From: Terriglobia bacterium
GTDB taxonomy: Bacteria; Acidobacteriota; Terriglobia; JAJPHL01
NCBI GenBank assembly: GCA_021325275.1
Contig: JAJPHL010000031.1
Location: 5,096 to 69,095 of the forward strand
DNA: 64,000 nucleotides
Direction of reading: 5' to 3'
Part shown: piece by piece, positions 1 through 9,700 of the stretch
How the letters are laid out: the number at the start of each line of letters is the position of its first letter
Numbering within the stretch: position 1 is the stretch's first letter
Translations under genes and position numbers: made by a program
Notes under the pieces: model-generated
Database searches by the model: none
What the model saw: only the letters and a program-made list of their open reading frames with translations
What the model was told of the DNA's origin: nothing

Positions 1-118
1 GGATGTCGCGCAAGTAGCGCGCGGCGCGGGCGCAGGCGTCGGCCAGCAGCGTGGTCGTGGCACGGGAGTGGGCTTGGGAAGGGCCGGGCGTTGAGACAGG
101 TGCGGGTGCTGTTGTCAT
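1..118 (-). CDS. 5' end of a probable PLP-dependent decarboxylase/aminotransferase (runs off window)
   Basis: Manual translation from ATG 118: MTTAPAPVSTPGPSQAHSRATTTLLADACARAARYLRDI; LLADAxxRAxRYL resembles group II PLP decarboxylase N-termini; divergent from a MocR regulator. Confidence 0.55.
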   Translation of the reverse strand, partial: MTTAPAPVSTPGPSQAHSRATTTLLADACARAARYLRDI

Positions 119-135
119 AACAAAACGAAAAATAC

Positions 136-167
136 CATTGACACAATATGGTGTCAATGTTTATATT
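136..167. promoter_or_regulatory. Divergent promoter/operator with inverted repeat CATTGACAC-N6-GTGTCAATG
   Basis: Perfect 9-bp IR at 136-144/151-159, giving TTGACA on both strands; TATATT at 162-167; AT-rich intergenic between divergent genes. Confidence 0.6.
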
Positions 168-179
168 GTCACTATTACA

Positions 180-1556
180 ATGTGGAGACCGAAACTCAAA
201 CAGCGCCGGCACTTAACCAACGAAATCCTTCGCGTCCTGGAGTCCGACATCGACTCCGGTCGCCTCGCACCGGGCGAGCAACTGCCCACGCATCGCGAGC
301 TCGCCGAGCACTTGCAGGTCGCCCTCGGCACGGTGACGCGCGCCTACACGCTGGCGCAGGCGCAGGGGCTCGTCACCGGCACCACGGGACGCGGGACTTT
401 TGTCGCCCCGCCCGCCGCCGCGCCAACAAGCATCATCGACTTCAGCCGGAATCTGGTGAATCGCGATCCGCGCGACGGCAACATTCGCGCCCAACTCGCG
501 GTGTTCGGCGATCCCGGACAAGCGGCGCTGCTGCTCGATGAAGAACAAGATCCGGCCGGCGCGATGGAACATCGCGTGGCCGCCGCCGAATGGATCAAGC
601 GTGCTGGATCCACCGCCGCGGGATATGCGCCCGCCGCCGAAGATATCGTGATCACCAGCGGCGTTCAGCACGCCATGCACACGATTCTCGCCACCATCGC
701 CAAGCGCGGCGACGTGGTGCTCACCGAATCGCTGACCTTCGCCGGTATCAAGGCGATCGCCGCGCTGCAAGGCTTCGATCTGCGCGGCCTGCCCATGGAC
801 TCCGAGGGCCTCGACGCGCAAGCCTTCGAGGACGCCGCCAAGCGCGGCGCGAAATTCCTCTACGTCACGCCCACGCTGCATAATCCCACCACCATCACCA
901 TGCCGGCGCGGCGCCGCAAGGAAATCGCCAAGATCGCCGAGGCGCACGGCGTCGCGATTCTCGAGGATGACGTGTTGGGATTGTTCGCGCCCGAAGCACC
1001 GCTGCCAATTGCCGCGCACGCGCCGGGGCAAACGTACTATTTGGTCAGCACGTCAAAGAGCCTGGCGCCGGGATTGCGCATCGGCTACGCGGTGTGCCCT
1101 CACGCGGCGGCCCCTGGAAGCATGGCGACGGAAATCGCCAACTCCGTGCGCACCACCGTCTGGGAAACGTCGCCGCTGATGAGCGCGTTAGTGGCGCGAT
1201 GGCTCACCAACGGCACGGCCGCCCGCATCATCGCGTTCAAGCGCGAGGAAGTCGCCGCGCGCCGCGAGATTGCGAAACACATCTTGCCGCGCGTCGCGCT
1301 GCCGCCGGCCCATTCACCGCATTGGTGGATTTCCTTACCGGCCGCGTGGCGCGCCGACGACTTTGCCGCCGAGTGCCGCAATCGCGGCGTGCGCCTTTCT
1401 CCGGCGGCGGCGTTCGCGATCCGTCGCGAGAACGTGCCGAACTCCATCCGCGTTTGTATCGGCGCCGTCGCCAAGCGCGAGCGCCTGCAGGACGGCTTGC
1501 AAATCGTGAAAGAAGTTTTGGAACGCGGTCCCACCATGCATTTCACAACGACTTAG
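180..1556 (+). CDS. MocR/GabR-family regulator (GntR wHTH + PLP aminotransferase domain)
   Basis: LPTHRELAEHLQVALGTVTRAY HTH; PTLHNPT, ILEDD and STSKSLAPGLRIG PLP motifs; ATG 180 preferred over GTG 51. Confidence 0.92.
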   Translation: MWRPKLKQRRHLTNEILRVLESDIDSGRLAPGEQLPTHRELAEHLQVALGTVTRAYTLAQAQGLVTGTTGRGTFVAPPAAAPTSIIDFSRNLVNRDPRDGNIRAQLAVFGDPGQAALLLDEEQDPAGAMEHRVAAAEWIKRAGSTAAGYAPAAEDIVITSGVQHAMHTILATIAKRGDVVLTESLTFAGIKAIAALQGFDLRGLPMDSEGLDAQAFEDAAKRGAKFLYVTPTLHNPTTITMPARRRKEIAKIAEAHGVAILEDDVLGLFAPEAPLPIAAHAPGQTYYLVSTSKSLAPGLRIGYAVCPHAAAPGSMATEIANSVRTTVWETSPLMSALVARWLTNGTAARIIAFKREEVAARREIAKHILPRVALPPAHSPHWWISLPAAWRADDFAAECRNRGVRLSPAAAFAIRRENVPNSIRVCIGAVAKRERLQDGLQIVKEVLERGPTMHFTTT

Positions 1557-1658
1557 CGGAATTCCCTGACCTTTGGCTCGGTGCCTGCGCTTCGTTTACT
1601 TGACGCGCTTCCCGATCATCACGCTACTGGCGTTGGCGTTTCTTCCCGTGTCACTCCG

Positions 1659-2927
1659 TCACTTCTTCGGCATAAACGGCGCGACCAAATATCCCAGCAC
1701 CGAGCCGACGATGTCGTGGCGCAGGTGAAGCATCGCCAGCCGGAAAATTCCTTCGAGGAAAAAATATCCCGTGACCAAATGCGCGGGACCAATGTGTTCG
1801 CCACGCAGCGCCCAAAGCTGCACCGCGCCCGACACCGCCGCGAGTTTCGCGGTGCGGCCGGTCCACAAGCCGGCATCGTAGTCGTAGCGGCGTGCCAGCT
1901 CCGTTTGCTGGTCGTCGGAAAGCAGTCCACAGAAAAAACTGAGGCGATTCACGCGGTCGCGCTCGCGTTCGTACGGGATCAGGCGCGCTAAATGCTCCGG
2001 CGTACGCTCCGGCAAATACTCGCGGCGCGCTACGGTGGCGGGATCGAGTTTCTTCAGACGAAAAATGTAGCGACGGTTGATTCCCTCGCCCTCTTGCGTG
2101 TAACCCAGCGGCTGATAGACCTCGCCGAAGTAGCGCACCGGCGCGGGACCCAGCAACACGGGATCGCGAAGCATCGAGCGCACCTCAACATCGTACGTTT
2201 TGCCGCGATCCTCCGACCCAACCACATGGCGCACTTCATCGCGCTGGCGCTCGAAGGTGCTGGCCGTCAGCGTGACGGCCTCGCCTTCCGAGCTGCGCCC
2301 GGTCGCCAGCATCCAGAGCATCCAGATCGCGCTGAGCGAGAGCGAGCCGATCGCGTCGCTCGAACCCATCCACCACAAGAAGCGCACAGCTTGCTCGAAC
2401 GACACGAACATCAGGACGTGCAGCAGCCGGGGATCGGGCTTTTCCTGACTCCCCGCGCTGAGGACGGCCATCGCCCCACCGGCCAGGACCCAAATCGAAA
2501 TCATCGACGCGACGCGCATCGGCAATCCCCAGTCGCGCTGCCAGCGAGTCGCGACGGGCGTAGGCAACAGTCCCGTAAGCGCAAACCAAATCACGCCGAT
2601 ACGCCGGCCCTCGGATTGTTTGCGGGTTTCTTCGAGATGGCGCGTTTCAGCGTGTGCGGCCTGCAAGCTGTAGGCAAAAACTTGCCGGATGGCAAAGCGC
2701 TCCTCCCACGCGCGCAGCGCGTAGCGATACGCGTACGGCGTGCCCGGCGCCGGGCCGATGGAAATCACTTCGTAGACGTTTTCTTCGTAGGAAATCGCGG
2801 AGCCGGGAAAGGGCGCTTGCGTGCGGTGTCCCTCTTGACGCGCGCGCCAGTTGGGTTTTTCAGTGGAGCTGAAGATGTACAGATCGAAACCGGAGCCGGC
2901 GGGCGGCACTTCCACACGATCCTGCAT
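1659..2927 (-). CDS. Hypothetical membrane protein with internal two-fold duplication
   Basis: 422-aa ORF with hydrophobic segments; two similar halves; 20 bp downstream of preceding gene. Confidence 0.75.
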   Translation of the reverse strand: MQDRVEVPPAGSGFDLYIFSSTEKPNWRARQEGHRTQAPFPGSAISYEENVYEVISIGPAPGTPYAYRYALRAWEERFAIRQVFAYSLQAAHAETRHLEETRKQSEGRRIGVIWFALTGLLPTPVATRWQRDWGLPMRVASMISIWVLAGGAMAVLSAGSQEKPDPRLLHVLMFVSFEQAVRFLWWMGSSDAIGSLSLSAIWMLWMLATGRSSEGEAVTLTASTFERQRDEVRHVVGSEDRGKTYDVEVRSMLRDPVLLGPAPVRYFGEVYQPLGYTQEGEGINRRYIFRLKKLDPATVARREYLPERTPEHLARLIPYERERDRVNRLSFFCGLLSDDQQTELARRYDYDAGLWTGRTAKLAAVSGAVQLWALRGEHIGPAHLVTGYFFLEGIFRLAMLHLRHDIVGSVLGYLVAPFMPKK

Positions 2928-2947
2928 GGTGGGCCATCATACTCCAA

Positions 2948-3733
2948 TTACCATTCGGCGATACGCACAAACTCCAGCGGATAGCGCGCGTTGCGCCGCG
3001 GATTGTCGGGATCGTAGAGCACGGTGATCACTGTACCTTCGGGAAATCGGCGCGGCGACCCGGGAAATCCGCCCTTCTGCGTGCCGCCGGCGGGCGTCGT
3101 GAACTCGTAGCGCATACTGGTGTGGCGCGCGCCTTCGCTCTGCACCCAACGCCGGCCCGTGACCACGCCGCGCGCGGTGCGTCCTTCCGCCAGCAAGTAA
3201 CGCTGCCGCTTCAGTTGCAATGAGAGAAGCGCGATCGGGAAAACCATCGACCCCGCGATAAACAGCGGCAGCCACGCGGGCGGGGGACGGTGTTCATAGC
3301 CGACAATTTGGCTGCGCTCCGGAGAATCGGGCAGATAGCGCACCACAATTGCCGGCTGCTCTTGCAAGCGCTTGACGTTTCGTCCGCTCAATCGCACGCT
3401 CCCTTCGTAGGAGCGTCCGCGCACTTCGTAGCGATACGTGACTTTATGTTGCTCGTCGTCGGAAGTGACGGGGCCAACGTTGGTCACCACGCCGTTGGTC
3501 AGCGAGTTGGCATGTGCCGCAAAGAGCCGCGCCAGTTCCAGCTCCTTGGCCGTCTGCTGATAAATCCACACGGGAAGAAAGACCGCGCCGCCCGCAAGCA
3601 GCGCGACGATGCACATCAAAAACACACCCTTCCCACTGAATCGCACCGAGCGCGGCAGGGATCCGGAGAGTTCGCTCGGCGGGCGCCAAGACTCGTTGTC
3701 CGGCGAATTCATTTTGCTGGTAATGGTTTGCAT
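2948..3733 (-). CDS. DUF3592-like membrane protein (two OB-like DUF3592 units)
   Basis: TM + GVVT..YRYEV..VRYLPDSPERS, then TM + GVVT..YEF..VLYDPDNPRR; RBS AAGGGAG. Confidence 0.75.
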   Translation of the reverse strand: MQTITSKMNSPDNESWRPPSELSGSLPRSVRFSGKGVFLMCIVALLAGGAVFLPVWIYQQTAKELELARLFAAHANSLTNGVVTNVGPVTSDDEQHKVTYRYEVRGRSYEGSVRLSGRNVKRLQEQPAIVVRYLPDSPERSQIVGYEHRPPPAWLPLFIAGSMVFPIALLSLQLKRQRYLLAEGRTARGVVTGRRWVQSEGARHTSMRYEFTTPAGGTQKGGFPGSPRRFPEGTVITVLYDPDNPRRNARYPLEFVRIAEW

Positions 3734-3770
3734 GTTCGTCTCCCTTAAAACCCATCAACCGGCATATCCG

Positions 3771-3970
3771 GCGTAGCTGGCGAAGCCAGCGGAATATCGT
3801 AGCCCACAGCGTAAGCTGTGGGTGGACGCGTCGTGCAACAAAGCTCGCGAACGCGAGCGGCATAAATGTTCTGGCCATTATGCCGCCCGCCTTCGCGGGC
3901 TTTCCTGCGCCGCAACTGAACCCACAGCTTACGCTGTGGGCTACAGATATTCCGCCAGCTCCGCTGGCTG
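3771..3970. repeat. REP doublet (REPIN/BIME-like): two inverted GTAG-CCCACAGCGTAAGCTGTGGG units
   Basis: GTAG+palindrome at 3799-3822 and its reverse complement at 3921-3944, with extended IR flanks (GCGGAATATC) and further hairpins between. Confidence 0.75.
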
Positions 3971-4040
3971 GCGTTTCCGCGATGCCCGTTTCGCAAGCAA
4001 CGGGGCCAAAAGATGAGTGCATCCCGGAACGGAGGCCAGC

Positions 4041-4607
4041 CTAAAACTCCGCGACTTTCACGAACAACATTGGATAAATGTCGCTGCGACTGGGATTGTC
4101 CGGATCGTACACCACGGCCACGGTGTCGCCATCCGATCCGAAGCGGCTGCGGTGTCCGTACGTCTTGCCCGCGACTGTCGCGCCGCCCGGCAGCGCGAAT
4201 TCGTAAGACGCTTTGTAGTGACCGCCGTTGTGATTCGCCGGCGTCCAGCCCACTTTGAGCAAACGCCCTTGCGCCACGCGTCCGTTCGCGAGCAACGATC
4301 GCTGCCGCGCGATCCGCACCCAAATCATGATGGGCGCGATCAACCCCGCGACCAACGCGATGTATGGAACCAACTCGGGCGGAGCGGCGTGAAGGCCGCC
4401 GCGATACGCGCGCTGAAATTGATCCATGTGCGCGATGAACCAATAAACCCAGATCGCGATTCCGATCGGCAGCACCGACGCGACAATCGCGACGATTCCT
4501 CGCCATGTGTACGCCACGTCGCGCGGCAGCGATTTCGCCAGTTCCGAGGGCGGCCGCCACGCTTCCGGTTCTTTTTGAGACTGCATCCTGCTGACAATGT
4601 CGTTCAT
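4041..4607 (-). CDS. DUF3592-like membrane protein, paralog of 2948..3733
   Basis: Shared N-terminus WRPPSEL..SLPR; C-terminal YEF..VVYDPDNPSRS. Confidence 0.75.
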   Translation of the reverse strand: MNDIVSRMQSQKEPEAWRPPSELAKSLPRDVAYTWRGIVAIVASVLPIGIAIWVYWFIAHMDQFQRAYRGGLHAAPPELVPYIALVAGLIAPIMIWVRIARQRSLLANGRVAQGRLLKVGWTPANHNGGHYKASYEFALPGGATVAGKTYGHRSRFGSDGDTVAVVYDPDNPSRSDIYPMLFVKVAEF

Positions 4608-4807
4608 GATGCACCTCCCGGCTCTTCCGATTGCGCTGGCGGAGCGGCGGGCGATTTGCCGTCGAGTCTTCCGGCTTGTTGCAACGCCCGCCGCAGCAAA
4701 AACTCGATTTGCGCGTTGACACTGCGCAGGTCCGCGTCGGCCCAGCGCTGAAGCGCTTCATGGACCGCCGGATCGAGCCGCAACGGAAATGCTTTGCGTT
4801 CCGCCAT
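4604..4807 (-). CDS. Arc/ribbon-helix-helix DNA-binding protein
   Basis: RKAFPLRLDPAVHEALQRWADADLRSVNAQIEFLL, the small RHH type commonly found after SPFH genes. Confidence 0.85.
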   Translation of the reverse strand: MAERKAFPLRLDPAVHEALQRWADADLRSVNAQIEFLLRRALQQAGRLDGKSPAAPPAQSEEPGGAS

Positions 4808-4836
4808 GGAAATATCCCTGTGCCTCGCGCGATCTC

Positions 4837-5706
4837 CTACGTGTACAGTGTGCCCGTGTTCACCACCGGCTCCGCGCCGCGGTCGCTACACAGCACCACC
4901 AGCAGATTGCTGACCATGGCGGCCTTGCGCTCTTCGTCGAGTTCGACCAAGTGCTTCCTGCTGATTTGGTCGAGCGCCATTTCCACCATGCCCACCGCGC
5001 CTTCCACGATTTTCTGGCGCGCCGCGATCACCGCGCTGGCTTGCTGGCGCCGCAACATCGCGCCCGCGATCTCCGGCGCGTACGCCAAGTGGCTGATGCG
5101 CGCTTCAATCACTTCGATTCCCGCGCGCGACAACCGCTCCTGGATCTCGTGGCGTAAACGGTCGGTGACTTCGCCCACCGAGTGGCGCAGCGAGGTCTTC
5201 CCTTCCTCGTGCGCGTCGTAAGGATAGGTGGTGGCGAGCACGCGCACGGCCGATTCGCTCTGCACATGCATGAACTGCTCGTAGTCGTCGACGTTGAACA
5301 CCGCCTCGAACGTCTCGACGATGCGCCACACGATGATCGACGCGATCTCGATGGGGTTGCCGTCGATGTCATTGACCTTCAACTTGTCGCTTTCAAAGTT
5401 GCGGATGCGCAGCGAAATGGTCCTGCGCGACGACAGCGGATTCACCCACAGGAATCCCGGCTGCTTCAACGTTCCTTTGTACACGCCGAGGACCGTCAGC
5501 ACCACGGCGCGGTTCGGATTCACCACCGTCAAGCCGATGCATCCGAAAATCGCGGACGCGAACAGCAGGACCGCGCCAAGAATCCCCAGGCCCCACGCTG
5601 CTTGCACCGCCGTGACGAACGCCCAGATCGCGGCCAGGAAGGTCAGTAAAAAAATCCCCGCCATCAGCCAACCGGAAACACCGTTCAATTCTTTTTCGCG
5701 CAACAT
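4837..5706 (-). CDS. SPFH/Band 7 domain membrane protein
   Basis: Two N-terminal TMs; KVNDIDGNPIEIA, ARISHLAYAPEIA..MLRRQQA; RBS AAGGAGG before ATG 5706. Confidence 0.92.
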   Translation of the reverse strand: MLREKELNGVSGWLMAGIFLLTFLAAIWAFVTAVQAAWGLGILGAVLLFASAIFGCIGLTVVNPNRAVVLTVLGVYKGTLKQPGFLWVNPLSSRRTISLRIRNFESDKLKVNDIDGNPIEIASIIVWRIVETFEAVFNVDDYEQFMHVQSESAVRVLATTYPYDAHEEGKTSLRHSVGEVTDRLRHEIQERLSRAGIEVIEARISHLAYAPEIAGAMLRRQQASAVIAARQKIVEGAVGMVEMALDQISRKHLVELDEERKAAMVSNLLVVLCSDRGAEPVVNTGTLYT

Positions 5707-5737
5707 ATGCGCCTCCTTGTCACTAACCAAGCCGGGC

Positions 5738-5947
5738 TTATCGAAGCCAGCGGCAAACCACGATCGCGTTGCCCACGATCAATCGGGGAATCCACTCCGG
5801 CACCGCTAAATGCATTTGCTGATGCAAAGTGCACGCCCATTGGGCCGTCGAGTGCAAACCCATCAAGATCGCGCCGGCAAAGGTCGTCGTGAGAATCGAT
5901 CCAAACATCCCCCTAGGCTTCCCCCCAAAACCGGTTTCAAATCCCAT
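5738..5947 (-). CDS. Possible small hypothetical protein at the head of the SPFH operon
   Basis: 69-aa ORF with AGGAG upstream, filling the gap between promoter and SPFH gene; no recognisable motif. Confidence 0.3.
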   Translation of the reverse strand: MGFETGFGGKPRGMFGSILTTTFAGAILMGLHSTAQWACTLHQQMHLAVPEWIPRLIVGNAIVVCRWLR

Positions 5948-5983
5948 CTCCGAACCGCTCCTTCCTGGTAATCCCCTCGTTCA

Positions 5984-6024
5984 TTGACATCACCACGATA
6001 TCTAAGTGATATCATTCTTGTCAA
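5984..6024. promoter_or_regulatory. Promoter with tandem GATATC boxes (candidate RHH operator)
   Basis: GATATC-TAAGT-GATATC at 5997-6013, bracketed by TTGACA (+, 5984-5989) and TTGACA (-, 6024-6019). Confidence 0.5.
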
Positions 6025-6084
6025 GCGAATTTACAAAACGAATCTCGGATGATTATCTTCTTTGTATTGTGTAGAATAACCGCC

Positions 6085-6726
6085 ATGAAGATGGCCGACC
6101 AGATCCGCGCTCGCATCGCGGCGCTGCCGGTGCGTAACACCGCCACCCTCCGAGGAGTGCGCCGCGACTTCTCGCGCCAGTTCGCGAAATCCGACGCCGC
6201 CGAAGTGATGGCCGTGGCGCGCGCGCTGGTTCACTCGCCGCTTCGTTGGATCGCCTATGAGTTGGTGCAGCATCACCCTGGCGCGATGTCGGGATTGCGA
6301 CAAAAAGACGTGGAAGAATTCGGCGAAGGAATCGCCAGTTGGGCCGACGTCGATTGCTTCGCCTGCTTCATCGCGGGACCCGCGTGGCAAGCGCGACAAA
6401 TCCCCGATCGCGTGATCCACGCCTGGGCGCGATCGCGCGACCGCTGGTTGCGTCGCGCGGCGCTGGTGTCGACGGTGGCGTTGAATTGTCCAGCGCGCGG
6501 TGGGCGCGGGGACACGCCGCGCACGTTGCGCGTGTGCACGATGCTGGCGGACGATCGCGACGACATGGTGGTGAAAGCACTGTCGTGGGCGCTGCGCGAA
6601 TTGTCAAAACGCGATCCGCGCGCGGTGCGTGCATTTCTCGCCTCGACGCCGGTGGCGGCGCGCGTGTCGCGGGAAGTTCGCAACAAACTCACCACGGGGC
6701 TCAAGTCGGGGCAGGCCAAAAAGTGA
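6085..6726 (+). CDS. DNA alkylation repair protein (AlkD/HEAT-like family)
   Basis: SWADVD, WARS.DRWLRRAALV, DRDDMVVKALSWALREL. Confidence 0.85.
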   Translation: MKMADQIRARIAALPVRNTATLRGVRRDFSRQFAKSDAAEVMAVARALVHSPLRWIAYELVQHHPGAMSGLRQKDVEEFGEGIASWADVDCFACFIAGPAWQARQIPDRVIHAWARSRDRWLRRAALVSTVALNCPARGGRGDTPRTLRVCTMLADDRDDMVVKALSWALRELSKRDPRAVRAFLASTPVAARVSREVRNKLTTGLKSGQAKK

Positions 6727-6743
6727 ACGGAGCTTGCCGCCGT

Positions 6744-9700
6744 TCAGCGATTGCGAAGATTGATCGCCACGTCGCGTCCACTTTCCAGTTCGTTGGCCGA
6801 CGCCCCGGTGAATCGAAGATCTGCGGGCGACGTCCCTTCCACGCGAGTCAAAAGAATCCGCTGGCCACTGCCAATCACGACCCCGTCTAACCACGCCATC
6901 GCGGCGCTGTTGCCGGTCCCTGTATCGATCAGCGAGGCCGGATGGTTTCCAGGCGTAAGCCGCAGCGGCGATCCCGTGCGACCGGTCAGGGAAAAGGCAA
7001 ATCCACTCAACGATAGCTGATCCCTCGACGACAGATAGACCGCCGTGCCGCCGTCATCGCCGACCAATTCCAGGCTCGCTTCCGGTTGTCCAGGCATCGG
7101 CGCGCCACGGCTTTGCGGCGCCGCCGAAGTACACGCCAATCCGCGTGGCACGCGTGTCGGCCGCAATGGGTCGAGATTGGTGACACGCTTCAACAATGTG
7201 ATCAGGTCCAGCGTATTCAGAACGCCGTCCCCGCCACGGGCCGATGCTGAGTCCACGGGAAATGCATCCATGGCATCGTAGCGATCCGAACAAGTGGCCG
7301 GCACAAAACCCGAAAGCTGGGTTACGGCACGCAGAAGGGCAATCAAGTCGAGAGTGTTCAGCGTGCCGTCGCCGAAGTGGCCGTCACCATCGGTCGTTGC
7401 CGGAAAGACGTCGCCGACCAAGTAAGGCACGCCCACCACGAGATTGGTGTCCAAACCGGCGATGACCGTGACGGTATTTCCTGAAAGCGACGCGCTCGCG
7501 ACGCTGACGTGGGTCGTGTAGAGCTGGCCGAGGAGGGCCCCAGCAGGAACCGTCACCGTCACCGTGCCCAGTTGCACGGTCCCGCTAAACGCGGGATTGA
7601 GTCCGGCGTAGGTCAGCGTAATCATCGCTGCGCCGGCGTTTGATGAAACCGGCGCCGGTTGCGAGACTCTAGGAACGAAAGCAAGCGTACCGCTCAAGGC
7701 GGCCGCGCCCGAGACGGGCGTCAGACTTAGAGTGAACGAGAGAGAGTCCAGGGAAAGACCCACCGGCAGCGCGAGCGTCAGGGGAATCTGCGCGGTATTG
7801 CCCGGCATCGCGCTCGCGGGACTCGCGTACACCAAGCTGGTCGCATTGATCGTGGTGATATCGGTGCTGGAATTGAGCTTTCCACCGCTCGAAACGGTCA
7901 CGGCGTTTGTGACGCTGGCCGGCGCGTTATCCGCCACGCTGACCGTGACCATTATCGCCGGGTAGCTGTTAGTCGGCGCGAGCGCATCGGAACGGAAACA
8001 AGCGAGCGGCCCCAGGGTGCAAGTCCAGCCGGACCCCGCGATGGCCGTTGCAATCAAACCGGACGGCAACGTGTCGGTCACAGTGACCGTTCCAACGCTC
8101 GACGCCGTGCCGCTGTTGGCGACATTGATGCTGTAGGATTGGCCGGCCTGTCCCTGCTGGAAATTTCCGGTATGGCTCGATGCGACGGCGAGACGAGGCG
8201 AAGTGCTCAGTAAAATCGCGAAGTTGGTCGAGTTCGAATTCGTCACCACCAGATCGGGACGCCCGTCGCCGTTGAAATCACCCAACAGTAGGTTGAATAG
8301 CCCAAACTGAGCGGCAAGGCCAGCAACGCCATAGGTAATTGGCGACTGAAACGTTCCATCACCGTTTCCTGGGAGGATGCTCACCGTGTTCGCGTTGTCA
8401 TTGAGCACTGCCAAGTCCGGCTTACCGTCTCCATTGAAATCTGCCACCGCCATGCGGGTGCTGAAAGCCGTTCCTGTTCCCGTGGCGTAGAAGACGCCAG
8501 GCTGGAAGGTTCCGTCACCTTTGCCGAGCAAAACGCTGACGCCGGTGCTATTGGAAATGGCCAAGTCAGGCTTGCCGTCGCCGTTGAAGTCCCCTGTGAC
8601 CGTATAGCCCCCGGGGCTGAGTTGCTGGAATCCGGTGAAGAGCTGGTTCAGGATTGTCGTGTTGCCAGTGTTGAACCACATGCTGTAGTAGTTGGGGCCT
8701 GGGACTAATCCATTACCGTTCTCATAGTCGCCCAGAACCCCAACCGCCAAATCTAGTTTGTCGTTCAACTTGAAATCCGCGACGGCAAACGAGTAGGTGT
8801 CTCCCAACACACCCAAAATGGTGGCGCTTGGAAAGGTCCCATCGCCTCTGCCGGGCAGGAACGCGGCGTCATTGAAACCTCCCACCACCAGATCGACATT
8901 TCCGTCGCCCGTGAAATCACCGGCGGCAATGCAGTTTAGATTCCTGATCGTTTGATAGTTGGCAGCAGCGCCAAATGTTCCGTCGCCATTGCCTAACAGC
9001 ACCGTCACGCTGCCCAGTTCTCCTGCAATGAGGTCGGGAGATTGATTATTAATGGCTAAGTCCACTTTGCCGTCTTTGTTGAGATCGACCGCCAACATTT
9101 GCGCGGGTGCGCCTCCAATCACGGGACCGTTTTTGGTGACGAATGTTCCATCGCCATTGCCCAGCAAAAGAGAGAGGCTGCTGACACCCTGAACGTTGTT
9201 CTGCACCATCGCCAAGTCGGCTTTTCCATCGCCGTTGAAATCGCCCACAGCGCCGGGAGATCCCGTTAAAAGACTCGTCGGTGGTGAAGGCCAGTTCAAG
9301 GGCGCGGCGACAGTCAGGGATAATGCGGCTGAGCTCGACGCCGCGTCGTTAACGTCTCCGGAGTAATTCGCTTGCAAGGACACCACGCTGATCGGCAGAA
9401 CTGGCGTCAACGTCGCTTGACCTCCCGACAGAGTGACTGTGCCAAGCGTTTGCGCACCGGCTGCAAAAGTGATCGTTCCCGTGGCCGTCGACGGCGAGAC
9501 CGTTGCGGTCAACGTAAGGGGCTGGCCAAACCCAATGGGATTCGCGGAGGCGTTCAAGGAAACGCTTGTCGCGATCAATCCCGCTTGGTTGACGGTGAAT
9601 ACCGAGCCCGCGATGGCCAACGTTCCGGTTCGCGCGATGGAAGTCGGATTCGCGGCCACCGAGTAGTTCACCGTACCGTTGCCCGATCCGCTTGCGCCGG

